Source: Deinococcota bacterium (GTDB taxonomy: Bacteria; Deinococcota; Deinococci; Deinococcales; Thermaceae). Taken from it: a stretch of DNA of 64,000 nt. The translations under genes and the position numbers were made by a program. The notes beneath the pieces are model-generated. The model saw nothing but the letters and a program-made list of their open reading frames with translations, made no database searches and was not told where the DNA came from. Where the stretch lies: positions 1 to 64,000 of the forward strand of contig JBGFRI010000037.1 of NCBI GenBank assembly GCA_041695225.1. The letters run 5' to 3'. This document shows, one piece after another, positions 43,232 through 53,985 of the stretch. Position 1 is the first letter of the stretch. Each line of letters opens with the position of its first letter.

Positions 43232-44677
43232 ATGGGCGGTATGCTGGCCCAGGAAATTGTAGATCAGGTCAAGTCGGGCAGAGTATCTCCTAGCGAGGTT
43301 TTACAGACTTACTTGGAGCGGGTGGAGCGGTTCGAGCCTCAGATCCGCGCCTTTATCCGCTTGAACCCTCGTGCACTGCAAGAAGCGCGGGACGTTGAAA
43401 GGCGCCTGGGGGCTGGGGAAAACCTGCCTTTAGCCGGCATACCCATCGCGGTCAAAGACAATATCTGCACCCAGGGGCTTCAGACCACCTGCGGCTCAAA
43501 AATACTGGCGTCTTTCAAGCCGCCCTACAACGCCACAGTAGTTGAAAAGCTGCGCGCTGCAGGGGCGGTTGTGATGGCCAAGGCCAATATGGATGAGTTC
43601 GCCATGGGCTCTTCCACCGAGTACTCGGCCTTTGGCCCGACCCGTAATCCCTGGGACTTAGACCGTGTGCCGGGGGGCACCTCGGGAGGGTCAGCTGCGG
43701 CGGTGGCAGCAGATATGGCCCCGCTAGCGCTCGGGACCGACACGGGGGGCAGTGTACGTCAGCCAGCCGCGTTCTGCGGGGTCTATGGCTTCAAGCCAAC
43801 CTACGGGCGAGTCTCGCGTTACGGGGTGGTGGCGACCGCCAGCAGCCTCGACCAGGTAGGCACGCTGGCCCGTACCGTAAAGGATTTAGCTTTGCTAACC
43901 GACGCTGTAAGCGGCTATGACCCTATGGACAGCACCAGCCTTGAGGCCATACCCCAGTTCGCCAACGCTTTGCAAATCCCAGTATCGGGCGTTAGCGCTG
44001 GCCTGGTCAAAGAAGCCTTTATGGCGGGCAATTCACCGGGCGTTCTGGAGGCAGTCGAGCGGTTTATAAAGGTAATGGAGGAGCAGGGAGTGCGTTTGGT
44101 AGAGGTAAGCATTCCTAGCCTGAAGTATGCCCTGGCGGCCTATTACATCGTCAACACTGCCGAGATTAGCTCTAACCTGGCCCGCTACGACGGGACCCTT
44201 TACGGACTGCGAGAGCCCGGTCTGGACGGTATTGCCACCATGATGCTGAGTCGAGAACACGGCTTTGGTCCCGAGGTCAAGCGGAGGATCCTGATGGGAA
44301 CCTTTGTGCTTTCCGCTGGCTACTACGATGCCTATTATGGCCAGGCCCTGCGGGCCAGGGCCAGGATTAAAGCCGATATGGATGCGGCATTTGCCAGGGC
44401 AGACGTTTTGCTAACCCCCACCAGCCCCTTCCCGGCCTTTCGCTTTGCCGAAAAGACCGGCGACCCCCTCGCGATGTACCTGGCCGATATTGATACGGTG
44501 GCCATTAACCTGGTGGGTGCGCCAGCCATTAGTATTCCCGCAGGGTTTGAGGGGGGCTTGCCGGTGGGCCTGCAGCTGATTGGCAAATCCCTCTACGACG
44601 AGCAACTTTTTGCCCTTGCCCATGCCTTTGAGGAAGCTACTGGACGGGCCTTCGCCAGCACAGCCAGGCTGAGTTGA
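43232..44677 (+). CDS. gatA: Asp/Glu-tRNA amidotransferase subunit A
   Basis: [25 protein letters not shown] and [10 protein letters not shown]. Confidence 0.95.
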   Translation: MGGMLAQEIVDQVKSGRVSPSEVLQTYLERVERFEPQIRAFIRLNPRALQEARDVERRLGAGENLPLAGIPIAVKDNICTQGLQTTCGSKILASFKPPYNATVVEKLRAAGAVVMAKANMDEFAMGSSTEYSAFGPTRNPWDLDRVPGGTSGGSAAAVAADMAPLALGTDTGGSVRQPAAFCGVYGFKPTYGRVSRYGVVATASSLDQVGTLARTVKDLALLTDAVSGYDPMDSTSLEAIPQFANALQIPVSGVSAGLVKEAFMAGNSPGVLEAVERFIKVMEEQGVRLVEVSIPSLKYALAAYYIVNTAEISSNLARYDGTLYGLREPGLDGIATMMLSREHGFGPEVKRRILMGTFVLSAGYYDAYYGQALRARARIKADMDAAFARADVLLTPTSPFPAFRFAEKTGDPLAMYLADIDTVAINLVGAPAISIPAGFEGGLPVGLQLIGKSLYDEQLFALAHAFEEATGRAFASTARLS

Positions 44678-44940
44678 GGCGCTAAGATTTCCTGGGCTGC
44701 TTCGCTACCCTTGGACATCTTGCTTCGACGGACTCAGCACAAAGTCAGCGGCGGCCCCAGGATGGCAGTGCGTGCTATGCGGGTGAGGCTGAATATGCTT
44801 TGTCATATCAGTGCAAGCTGGAGTATACTCACTTCAGGCATTCGCTTTCTTAGTCAGAGATTCTGGTCAGTCTCTGGGCGCTCCATAAGGTCAAATTCGT
44901 TTTTATGATGCTACTTTCGCCTAATCCAAAGCCTATATCC

Positions 44941-45717
44941 ATGAGCCCGACCCATTATCGCCTTTCAACCCGACTTGCTCGCTACCTTCGCAGCACCGGC
45001 CGCCACCTTTCCGAGGTTGTCCTGGCCGAACAGGTGCTGGCCTCGCCGGGGCTGCCAAAGGGCAACTGGGCTAGGGATCTCCTCCGGGACTTGCTGGACG
45101 GGCGGTTTGAGCGAGGCAGGGCCGGTGTTGGTTTGTGGGAGTGGCAGTATGCTTTTCCGGCTTTAGGGGAGGCCATTGTGGTGTTGGATGTAGAGACTAC
45201 CGGACTTTCGCCCGATCAGAGCGAGGTGATAGAGCTGGCGCTGGTGCGGCTGGAGAATGGACAGCGCACGGTGTTTGAGCGACTGGTCAACCCGGGCGTC
45301 CCCATACCACCTTTTATCAGCCGTTTGACTGGAATCCGCAACCAGGACGTGCTGGGGGCCGCCGACATATACACAGTTTTGCGTGAAGCTATGCCGCTAC
45401 TCGAGGGTGCAACCCTGATTATTCAGAATGCGAGCTTTGACCTGGGGTTTTTGCGTCCGCGTTTGCGGCGTCTGGGCTACCGGCTAGATAATCCGGTGGT
45501 AGACACGATACACTGGGCACGCCAGGCCCTTCCCGGTCTGAGCAAGCGTGGTCTGGATTCACTGGCCTGGGCCTTCGACCTGGGCCCCATTGCAGGTCGC
45601 CACCGTGCTTTAGGAGATGTGGAAACTACTCTTCAGGTAGCCCACGAGATGTATTACATGCTAACTGCTGGCAAACCCACCCCGGCCCGTCATCTTGCTG
45701 CTGCAATAGTTCTCTAG
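44941..45717 (+). CDS. DEDDh 3'-5' exonuclease (DnaQ-like)
   Basis: LDVETTG, QNASFD and HRALGD. Confidence 0.88.
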   Translation: MSPTHYRLSTRLARYLRSTGRHLSEVVLAEQVLASPGLPKGNWARDLLRDLLDGRFERGRAGVGLWEWQYAFPALGEAIVVLDVETTGLSPDQSEVIELALVRLENGQRTVFERLVNPGVPIPPFISRLTGIRNQDVLGAADIYTVLREAMPLLEGATLIIQNASFDLGFLRPRLRRLGYRLDNPVVDTIHWARQALPGLSKRGLDSLAWAFDLGPIAGRHRALGDVETTLQVAHEMYYMLTAGKPTPARHLAAAIVL

Positions 45718-45724
45718 GAAGCCT

Positions 45725-46840
45725 ATGATTGCACGTTATGTTCTCACCAGTGCTTGTCTGAATAGCGGAACCATGAACCTCACCCAGTCTTTGCGGGTTT
45801 TTTTACAGGGTAAAGACGGTGTTACCCTTCGTGATGAGGAGGGCGAAATCTACGAGAGCAGCGTAAACTGGCGGCACAATCGCCTCGAGGGTCTTGGGCC
45901 TTACTACGCCAAGCGGCGTCTCGGCGTCAACGACAAAATTGCCTTGCACCTGGGGGCGGGGGAGATCGGCCTGGAGGCCCTAACGCCCTCGGCCAAGCCA
46001 GCCCGGCCCCGTGCGGTTGAGCCGGAGCGCTCCAAGCCCCAGCCTGCTGAACCACTCTTTGAAAAAACCGAAAAGCGGGTCAAGGTTACGCCCTACCCAA
46101 AAGAAGTGATCTTTCCACACAAGTCCGTTTCCAGCGAGCTGCCGGCTTTTTCCACCGACCTCGAGGCCCTGGGGTTTATCCGCGAGTCTAACAGCGTACC
46201 CTGGATCTACAGAGCCGCTATGGGCCGTCGTACCTACCACCTGGCACTGGCCAAATTCGGTGAGATGGAGGCCAGGGAGCTGCTGGCCTACCGGCAGCAA
46301 GGCCGGGTGCAGTATGCCGCGGTTGTGGCCGGTGAGTCTTCTAGAACTGAAGCCCTGGCTGAAATTGCCTCAACGCGGCCTTCGGGGCTGGGGCAGCCAG
46401 GGCTGGGCTATGTCTCGCCCGAGGCGTTGCAGCGGCTTGCCAAGCTTAGAGGGTCTTTTCCGGTTGGCCCGCTGGATATCGAACGGTTGCTGCGTGAGGG
46501 CCGGATTGATTTTGAGGCCATCCAGGGCTTTGAGCGAGAGGTGTTCGGGGTACTAAATGGGCGGGGCTACTTCTCGGCAGTCCTAACCTTGCTGGCCGAC
46601 CAGCCCCCACAACAGGTCTTCCTGCTGGCCGACCTGATGCCCATGGCGCGGGAGATGGGCCTCGAGGCCGATCACCTGCAGAGCGTATTAGAAAGCCTCA
46701 GCAGCCCACCCTTTCTGCTGCTCAAGCGCCTCTCGCCCGGCGAGTTTCTCATGCGCCAGTCGGTAGAACAGGCCCTGACCGACTGGGCAGCATACTCCCA
46801 GCTCATGTCCAGCCGCCTGGAAGGTGTGTCGGTGCGGTAA
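45725..46840 (+). CDS. Hypothetical protein
   Basis: 371-aa ORF closely following the exonuclease; host-like codon usage. Confidence 0.75.
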   Translation: MIARYVLTSACLNSGTMNLTQSLRVFLQGKDGVTLRDEEGEIYESSVNWRHNRLEGLGPYYAKRRLGVNDKIALHLGAGEIGLEALTPSAKPARPRAVEPERSKPQPAEPLFEKTEKRVKVTPYPKEVIFPHKSVSSELPAFSTDLEALGFIRESNSVPWIYRAAMGRRTYHLALAKFGEMEARELLAYRQQGRVQYAAVVAGESSRTEALAEIASTRPSGLGQPGLGYVSPEALQRLAKLRGSFPVGPLDIERLLREGRIDFEAIQGFEREVFGVLNGRGYFSAVLTLLADQPPQQVFLLADLMPMAREMGLEADHLQSVLESLSSPPFLLLKRLSPGEFLMRQSVEQALTDWAAYSQLMSSRLEGVSVR

Positions 46841-46865
46841 AACCAGGTTATTGTGCAGGCCAGGG

Positions 46866-47095
46866 TAGCAGGTCTAAGGTCGAAGGCCTGCGACGGTCTC
46901 GCGTCCTGGCCTTCGACTTTTGTCCTTAGACCTTCGACACTTAAGGGGGCTTTACCCCAACGGCCTCGGGTTACAACTCGGTAAAAGGCCCAAAGGACTA
47001 TAGCAAATGACCCTCGACTCTCGACTCTCGACATTTGACCCTTGACTTTTTTAGCTTTGACCTTCGACCCTCGACTCTTGACTCTTGACCTTCAC
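46866..47095. repeat. Heptamer arrays in opposing orientations between convergent genes
   Basis: ggtctaaggtcgaagg... then cttcgac/ctcgact/tttgacc runs. Confidence 0.75.
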
Positions 47096-47119
47096 AGTAC
47101 CCGGCCCCATAGCCGGTCT

Positions 47120-47671
47120 CTAGGCCCGCCCGCGCTGTTCTAGCAACATATAAAAGCCCCGGGCGTTCTGTAGGTAGTGGGCCAGAATACCGGGAACCAG
47201 ACTGCCGGTGAGTAGATAGGCTGCGCCAAACATCAGCCCGGCACAGAAAATAAACACTGGATAGGCCCAGGCTTTGCGGTCCGGCACCGGGTGGAGGGCG
47301 GCAAACACCACGGCCTGAAGCACAACGCCCACCCACCCGCCAAACAGGGCGTTCTGCAGTGCGCCTCGAAAAAAAACCTCCTCCCCCACACCGGAGACTA
47401 AGGCCAGCAACAAAGCTTGATGATAGCTGACGCCCTGTGCCCGCAGCAGAACTCCAATCTGTGCGTGCAGGGCCTCGGAAGCCCGGAAGCTAGCCGGGAA
47501 TAGATGCGAGAAAAGCAGCTCGAGGCCCATCAAGCCCAGAATCAGGAGCGCAAAGGCCAGGCTATCGCGCAAGGGATCGAAACTTTTAACCGCCGGGAAG
47601 CCGGCTAGATTCATCCAGACCAGGCCAACAAACAATGTACCGAGCTGGATGAGCATGAACAGGCGAAACAT
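47120..47671 (-). CDS. CPBP (Abi/CAAX) intramembrane metalloprotease
   Basis: EEVFFRG, FAALH and AHYLQN. Confidence 0.85.
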   Translation of the reverse strand: MFRLFMLIQLGTLFVGLVWMNLAGFPAVKSFDPLRDSLAFALLILGLMGLELLFSHLFPASFRASEALHAQIGVLLRAQGVSYHQALLLALVSGVGEEVFFRGALQNALFGGWVGVVLQAVVFAALHPVPDRKAWAYPVFIFCAGLMFGAAYLLTGSLVPGILAHYLQNARGFYMLLEQRGRA

Positions 47672-47678
47672 GCTATCT

Positions 47679-47963
47679 TCAAGGCCCCTCACTGCCAATG
47701 TTAAAGCCCTGTTCAAGCAATTTGCGCGAGTAGGCCCTGAAAGCTAGCAGGGTTTGCGTGCGCTCAATTCCTTTTAGCTTGCGCAAGCCCATAGTAACAA
47801 TGTCGTCTAGCTGCTCAAACTCCTTGAAATTCAGGATGGCAACCAGATCCCACTTCCCGGTAACCGAGTACACCTCAGCCACCCCTGGAATTTCAGCTAC
47901 CGACTCGGCGGTCTCGGCGGTGGACTCGCGGCTGGTCTGGATCAAGACAAAAGCGGTAATCAT
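47679..47963 (-). CDS. Lrp/AsnC ligand-binding domain protein
   Basis: IPGVAEVYSVTGKWDLVA. Confidence 0.88.
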   Translation of the reverse strand: MITAFVLIQTSRESTAETAESVAEIPGVAEVYSVTGKWDLVAILNFKEFEQLDDIVTMGLRKLKGIERTQTLLAFRAYSRKLLEQGFNIGSEGP

Positions 47964-48044
47964 GCCTGGATGATACTCCGGAACTGTGGGGCATGGGTAT
48001 AGAGCTAATTTCTTACCAGCTTCCCTTGGGATACCAGGACATGC

Positions 48045-48755
48045 CTAGAAATTGGGGCGGGGGGAGGTCTCGAGAATCAGCTGGGGTTTGAACCTTACCA
48101 CATCGGCCGAGACAAAATGCAGGGGAATTCCGTTCCACTCCTGCGGCAACCTTTGCGGGTCAGCCCCGTGGAGGTGTCCATATACCACGCAGGTGGGCCG
48201 GTACTGGTCTATCAGCGCGGTAAAACCGGTTGGGCCAGCGGTGGGGCCATAGGGCGGGTAGTGCATGGCCAGAATCAGGTACTCATACTCCCGGCCCTGA
48301 ATGGTCTTGAGAGATAAGGCCAGCCGTTCTACCTCACGCTTATAAATTTTTTCGTCTGTGGGGCTGAAGCCAAAGCTGCCCGGGGTGTCCCAGCCCCGGC
48401 TTCCGGCAATGGCCAGGTTGCCAAGTATAAGTGAGTCGTGCTGCAATGCGTGCATGCGCGGGGGGAGCATCTGCCGCAAACGGGTAATGGAGGGCCACCA
48501 GTAGTCGTGGTTGCCCCGCAAGATAATTTTTGTACCTGGTAACTCTGCGATATCGCAAAGATCCACCATCGCCTCGGGCAGTTTCATGGCCCAGGAGATA
48601 TCTCCTGCCACGATTACCAGATCTTCTTCATTTACGGTACTGCGCCATTCCTGGAAAACAGCTTCGGGATGCCCTTCCCACTCTGGCCCAAAAATATTCA
48701 TGGGTTTGGGAAAGGCTTTGGAAAGGTGAATGTCGGCAATGGCAAAGACGCGCAT
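48045..48755 (-). CDS. Calcineurin-like metallophosphoesterase
   Basis: DIH, GDISW, GNHD and GHLH. Confidence 0.88.
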   Translation of the reverse strand: MRVFAIADIHLSKAFPKPMNIFGPEWEGHPEAVFQEWRSTVNEEDLVIVAGDISWAMKLPEAMVDLCDIAELPGTKIILRGNHDYWWPSITRLRQMLPPRMHALQHDSLILGNLAIAGSRGWDTPGSFGFSPTDEKIYKREVERLALSLKTIQGREYEYLILAMHYPPYGPTAGPTGFTALIDQYRPTCVVYGHLHGADPQRLPQEWNGIPLHFVSADVVRFKPQLILETSPRPNF

Positions 48756-48917
48756 AAACGGATTGTGGGGTCTAAAGAAACGAGTTCGGGGAAAAGTCAG
48801 ACAGCAGTGTCTAGTGTCTAGTGTCTGGGGCCGAGCGTCAAGTGTCGGGCTGACCAAACCTGACAAAATCACCGAGAGCTACACACCGGTCATTACGCCT
48901 GTGGCAAAATCGGATAG

Positions 48918-49385
48918 ATGAAGCACGAGACCCCCGAGCAACTGTTTTTGTATGCGGTGCGGGCGCTGGGTGCGCGGGCCTGTTCTGAGTCGGTGCTGCG
49001 TCAAAAACTGGCCCGACATGCCAGGCCAGAGGTTGTGACGGAGGTGCTGCAGCGAGTCAAGAGCCTGGGCTATCTCGACGACCAGAAGTATGCCGAGGGA
49101 TATGCCCGGCTTTATGCAGGCCGGTGGGGCCCGGCCAAGCTGCGCCGGGTGCTACTGGAAAAAGGAGTTGCCCGCAGCATCGTAGACCGGGTACTGGCCG
49201 AACAGGAATCCCAAAGTAACCCGGTTGAAGAAGCCATGGCCTTGCTGGATCGTTACCAGAGCCGACATAGAGGCGAAAAGCCCAGGGTTATGCGTTTTTT
49301 GCTCAATCGGGGGTATGCCATGGACGACGCGTACAGGGCCTGGGAGGGCTACCATAAGCAGAAAGCCGCCGAGGCTGAGAGCTAA
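48918..49385 (+). CDS. recX: Regulatory protein RecX
   Basis: LRQKL, GYLDDQKYA, GPAKLRRVLLEKG and FLLNRGY. Confidence 0.85.
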   Translation: MKHETPEQLFLYAVRALGARACSESVLRQKLARHARPEVVTEVLQRVKSLGYLDDQKYAEGYARLYAGRWGPAKLRRVLLEKGVARSIVDRVLAEQESQSNPVEEAMALLDRYQSRHRGEKPRVMRFLLNRGYAMDDAYRAWEGYHKQKAAEAES

Positions 49386-49432
49386 GGTGTCAGGTGCGCA
49401 AGCCAGGAGATTAATGCTCTCGCCATGCTAGT

Positions 49433-50659
49433 TCAGACCCACTCCCCAGCCCGCATCAAGGGTTCGGCCTGCCCGGACTGGCTGATACCGTCTACGTCTA
49501 CCTGGCTCGAGCCTATCATCCAGTCAATGTGAATCAGGCTGGTGTTGGCGCCTTTGGCGGCTAGCTCTTCGGGGCTTAGTCTGTCCCCGTGCAAAATGCA
49601 TTCACTATAGGCCTGGCCCAGCGCGATATGGCTGGCGGCGTTCTCGTCGAACAGGGTGTTGTAGAAGAGCAGCCCGGTCTGGGAGATGGGTGAGGAGTGA
49701 GGCACTAGCGCGACCTCGCCCAGGCTACTGGCCCCCTGGTCGGTTTGCAGCACCCGGGTCAAGACCTCGGCCCCGCTTTTTGCCCTGGCCTCCACAACGC
49801 GGCCTTTCTCAAAACGAACCTGGATGCCCTCGAGCAGGCTTCCCTGATAAGAAAGCGGTTTGGTGCTCTGGACATAACCTTCGATGCGGTCTTTGTGGGG
49901 AGCAGTAAAGACCTCCTCAGAAGGTATATTGGGATTGCAGACCAGGCCGTTTTTGGCCTTAACCGCGCCCCCAGCCCAGAGGTGGTCGTCGGCCAGCCCT
50001 ACCACCAGATCGGTGCCCGGCCCCTTGAAATGCAGCGCTGCATAGCGTTTGTCGTTGAGGTAGGCTACCCGCTGGCGCAGATCCTGGTTGTGGGCTGCCC
50101 AGGCTGCTAGAGGGTCGGGGGTGTCTAGCCTGGATGCTTTGAAAATTGCCTCCCAGAGCTTCTGGACTGCTGTTTCTTGCGGCTGGTTGGGAAAGACTGT
50201 GCTGGCCCAGGCTGGATGGGCATAAGAGACGATGGTCCAGTTGATGTGATTGGAAGAAATTAGTTCCAGTACTCGTTTGTAGGCCACCGAACGGGCGCGG
50301 TTGGCCCGGGCCACCAGCTCGGGGTTCTGGCCTTTGAGCAGGTCCGGGTTGCTGCCAGCGATATGCAGGCGGGCAGCACCCGACTCAAAGGCCTGGGCCA
50401 GCCCGTCGAAAAGCCATTTCGGGGCTTTGTCAAAAGAAGCCTGAGGCGCGTGCTGGTAGCGCAGGAGGGTAGAGGCCTCGTCGTCGTAAAGAACCGTGAC
50501 CAGTGAACCCCCGGCCTGGTAGGCCTGATGGCTGATTTTACGAGCCAGTGGCAGGGCCTCGATAGGCGCGGTGATGACCAGTTCCTGACCTTCTATCAGG
50601 CCCAGGCCAACCTGTACAGCAACTTTAGCCAGTTGATCGAGCTGGTAAGATAGTTCCAT
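49433..50659 (-). CDS. M29 aminopeptidase (AmpT/AmpS-type)
   Basis: NIPSEEVFTAP, GEVALV, LFDENAASHIALG and HIDWMIG. Confidence 0.92.
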   Translation of the reverse strand: MELSYQLDQLAKVAVQVGLGLIEGQELVITAPIEALPLARKISHQAYQAGGSLVTVLYDDEASTLLRYQHAPQASFDKAPKWLFDGLAQAFESGAARLHIAGSNPDLLKGQNPELVARANRARSVAYKRVLELISSNHINWTIVSYAHPAWASTVFPNQPQETAVQKLWEAIFKASRLDTPDPLAAWAAHNQDLRQRVAYLNDKRYAALHFKGPGTDLVVGLADDHLWAGGAVKAKNGLVCNPNIPSEEVFTAPHKDRIEGYVQSTKPLSYQGSLLEGIQVRFEKGRVVEARAKSGAEVLTRVLQTDQGASSLGEVALVPHSSPISQTGLLFYNTLFDENAASHIALGQAYSECILHGDRLSPEELAAKGANTSLIHIDWMIGSSQVDVDGISQSGQAEPLMRAGEWV

Positions 50660-51079
50660 CTGTCAAACTTTACCGCATTTCTCCTGGCCCTGTGGTATAT
50701 GGTGTGCTCCGTCTGGCTTGGGCCAAAGAGAGCGCTTGTAGGCGAAAGACTCAAGCGGCTGTCTATAGATAAGCCTAGAATATCTCCTCCCTACGAGGCC
50801 AGCGCTCGGTTTACTTGAATTTTTTAGCACACCCACCGCGGTTGAATCAGAATTCGCACTCCTCTGCGACTGCGTTCAGGGAAGGCTGGTCAATGTACGC
50901 ATACCGGGAGGGCAATCCCGGCCGGTTCGCCGGTCAGCCAGAAGCACGTCGGGGAGAACTACCGCAGAGCGCTGGGGAGGGGCTGATCCACCGTGGCTCA
51001 ACCCTGCAATGCCGCGTTTCACGGCCACCGTGCCTGCTTTGCCGCCGGTGGCACGCTCGCTAGGTTAGGCCCTAAGTAG

Positions 51080-51211
51080 CTTACCAGACCACTTAGCGCT
51101 CCAGCGGGTTGATTCGCGACACGAATTCGGCCTTTCGCATCGCGGAATTGCGGCGGAGCGGCTTGTTTGGGGATCTCCAGCGCGTGGCGATAATTTTCTT
51201 ACCAGACCACT
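51080..51211. repeat. Direct repeats CTTACCAGACCACT (possible IS/MITE ends)
   Basis: Identical 14-mers at 51080-51093 and 51198-51211; 12-nt match at 8008-8019. Confidence 0.55.
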
Positions 51212-51214
51212 AAG

Positions 51215-51470
51215 GGGATGCTCGAACATCCGGGGCTGGGCTCACCGCTGAAGATCAGCGACAAGGCCTACACATCCAAAGAGTTCATCACCCCCTGGAG
51301 AAGAGCGCCAAACGCCAAGAAGGGCGCTGGAAACCAGACTACCGCCGCCTATGCAAATGGCTCGAGACCGTGTTCGTCCAGCTAACCCAGGCCCGCATCC
51401 GCTCGGCCCGAGTCGCCCTGACCCTACTCGCCCACAACCTCGACCTCTGGCTCAACTCTTAAGCGGCGTT
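51215..51470 (+). pseudogene. DDE transposase C-terminal remnant (IS982/IS5-like)
   Basis: ISDKAY...ITP, then frameshifted LETVFVQL...LLAHNL...stop. Confidence 0.55.
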
Positions 51471-51606
51471 AGGGAGATGTGAAAAGACCTGGACGCACCG
51501 CGATCGGCCGACATGATGTTAGTCGGGGGGAGATGGAAGAAGAAGTTGTCTAGAGATTAACTGTATCCCTTCACGTCATTGTCCAATGCGCACACTGCGA
51601 AAGCGC

Positions 51607-52398
51607 TCAATGGGGGCTACGACCTACGACGACAAATTTTGTCAAACAGCCATAGGATGAGTCGTCTTCTATCCACCTCGCCGCCTCCGCCTCTGCTAGC
51701 GCCGCGTCGCCCTCGCTAATCATCCCTGCTTTGACAAGCCGACGGGTCCGGGTTGATATCCTACCGAGGAAAACATCTCTGCCCCAGGTTTGAGTATCGA
51801 CGGCGACAACATGCGTCTTAACATCTAATGCGCCAGCGTGGGTCAGCATTTCTCTGAGCCTGCGGCCCACATGGCGGTCGCCTCCCTGCCGCCGAAAGAA
51901 GTCTAGGAAAAGCGTATTCACATGCTCCACAGTCGGCGGGCTTGGGTGCATCACTACCGTGCCATCGTCTATGTCAGAGACGCAAATCAAGCCACCGGGC
52001 CTTGCATAACCAACCATCTTTGCGATAAGGGTCTTTGGCTCTGGAGTATTATTCACGACAAGACGACAAAAGACAAAATCGAACTCCGGCCTCGGTTGTG
52101 CGCTCAGAGCGTCCGCCAGGACAAAGTCAAGGTTTCCGAGATGAGGCAGTGATCGGGCCACCCTGACCATCGCGTCCTCCTTCTCGATACCGACCACTTT
52201 GGCCGGATACGCCAAAGTTGCCAGCTGAGCGGTAAAGTGGCCTGAGCCGGAGCCGATGTCCACCACGCTCATTCCGCTTCTCAAACCTGCCGCAGCCAAC
52301 ACGGGTAGTTCGTGCGAGAAGGAAGAGTGGGCCTGTCTGGCGAGCCGGGCTACTTCCAGATCTGGATTAAGAATACTCAAGTTGTACGCCTGTCCCAC
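51607..52398 (-). CDS. Class I SAM-dependent methyltransferase
   Basis: VDIGSGSG, GIEKE and FDFVFCRLV; atypical codon usage. Confidence 0.85.
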   Translation of the reverse strand: MGQAYNLSILNPDLEVARLARQAHSSFSHELPVLAAAGLRSGMSVVDIGSGSGHFTAQLATLAYPAKVVGIEKEDAMVRVARSLPHLGNLDFVLADALSAQPRPEFDFVFCRLVVNNTPEPKTLIAKMVGYARPGGLICVSDIDDGTVVMHPSPPTVEHVNTLFLDFFRRQGGDRHVGRRLREMLTHAGALDVKTHVVAVDTQTWGRDVFLGRISTRTRRLVKAGMISEGDAALAEAEAARWIEDDSSYGCLTKFVVVGRSPH

Positions 52399-52401
52399 AA
52401 A

Positions 52402-52678
52402 TCACCTCCAGAATATCTTTTTCGACCAGAAACCGTGTTCCTGCTGTACCCATAGCGCATCGGGAACCGGCGCACAGCGCAGTCCAAATTCGTCGGCGCG
52501 GGTGTCAACGTCCCCTGGGACTTCCTCTGAGTCCAACAGTTCCAAGGGGCCAATCCTGAAGGTAGTGACACCAAAGGAGGCCCCATGCGTATCTTTGCAC
52601 TTCATCCAGCCCTTGACAAGCTGTCCAGACAGACCGTGGTCAAACCGAGCCCACGAGCACAAGACCGGCTCAAAACGC
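52402..52678 (-). pseudogene. 5'-truncated gene fragment of unknown function
   Basis: Open frame ends just before the methyltransferase start; no good start codon; cut off at CTAGAGACC (52678). Confidence 0.45.
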
Positions 52679-52707
52679 TAGAGACCTTCGAACTTCCCTC
52701 GTGTTAC

Positions 52708-52981
52708 TGTCAGACTTTGGGAGGGTAAAAGCCCTCGCCTTCAGGCGAAAGCTTCAGCGGGTGTTGGTCCTTGGGTAATCAGAATGGGGCATGGATTAAT
52801 CACCCAAAAAAAGGTGTCGATAGGTGACCTAGCCCTAGATCGAGAACCAGGCTAAAAAAGGAGACGGGGGCTTCGCGGTGGACGGCGCACGGCAGCGAGG
52901 CGGGCCTGGGCGGCTTTAGACGCAACTACGCACTTCCAGTGCTTACCCGATGCTACCGCCTTCAGGCGGTAGAGTGTTCAC
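52708..52981 (+). mobile_element. Non-autonomous IS200/IS605-family mini-element
   Basis: Preceded by TTAC; subterminal hairpins TCGCCTTCAGGCGA (52735-52748) and CTACCGCCTTCAGGCGGTAG (52953-52972); ends in TTCAC; no transposase. Confidence 0.65.
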
Positions 52982-53164
52982 TGACGGTATCCATCGCATA
53001 GGACTGGGGCTATTGGTTGCTTTTTCAGCCACGACGCTCCCAGTACGCTGTGAAACCCTGGCTGGCGGCAGCAAGCTGATTGCTGGATGTTGTGGTTATG
53101 TTCGGATGTGCCCTAGCAAATAACACCAGCACGCAACAAAGAAAGGTGATACAATATTCGCGCT

Positions 53165-53467
53165 GTGGAAAAGCCGATTTATCGCTTGTTGCATCTGGTT
53201 TTTGCTCTGGGAACCTTGCACTTGCTGGTCTTGCTAACCCTCGAGGTTCAGCGCAACATGCAAATTCGCCAGGACACCGCCGCTGCTCAGATTCGCGTAA
53301 AACAGCTCGAGCAGCGCAACCAGCAGCTGCTCGGCGAGCTTGAACTGGCCGCCGATGCCCGCTACCGCGAGGGGTTGGTTCGCCAGATGGGGTATGTGCA
53401 CCGGGACGAACTGCTCTTTTTGCGGGTGCAGCCCCAGGCCGCCCCGGATCCCAGCGCATCGAATTAA
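53165..53467 (+). CDS. Septum formation initiator (FtsB/DivIC-like)
   Basis: One TM helix, coiled coil, then REGLVRQMGYVHRDE. Confidence 0.75.
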   Translation: MEKPIYRLLHLVFALGTLHLLVLLTLEVQRNMQIRQDTAAAQIRVKQLEQRNQQLLGELELAADARYREGLVRQMGYVHRDELLFLRVQPQAAPDPSASN

Positions 53468-53694
53468 GCAAGTTTTTCTGGTCGCAGCCCTGGGCGCGGG
53501 AGGCCATATTTGTGGCCTGATCAGGAGTTGCCCATCCGTCCCGAAGGACCCCGGAGCATGAAGCGGTGGGCTGACGCTTCACAAAAGATTTCGCAGCTCG
53601 CAGGTCGCAAGCCAAAAAGACCTGAGACCTGAGACGCTTCATAAAAGAGCAAGTTTCAATTTCACGCCAGTAGGGCATAGTATGAAGGCCAGGT

Positions 53695-53985
53695 ATGGTC
53701 GAAAGGTTGACTGAACAGTTTCTCGAGGACGAAGCCCTCACCGACGGGCTCACCGATGAAGAGGCCAGCGAGCTGGTGGGCTGGCTGATCGGTATTGCAG
53801 AAGACCTCGAGGCCGAGCGAAGCCAGGTACCTGAGCAGTATCTGAGCCAGCTCAAACGACTCGGGCGCGAGCTCGCCCGAATAGCCCGCCGATACAAGGT
53901 CCCGATGGATGAACTGATAGATCTGATTGAAGCTGCCTGGGAAGAGCCGGACCAAGAGCCATTTCCCAAACCCATGCAAGCCTGA
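53695..53985 (+). CDS. Hypothetical protein
   Basis: 96-aa acidic helical ORF, host-like codons. Confidence 0.7.
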   Translation: MVERLTEQFLEDEALTDGLTDEEASELVGWLIGIAEDLEAERSQVPEQYLSQLKRLGRELARIARRYKVPMDELIDLIEAAWEEPDQEPFPKPMQA

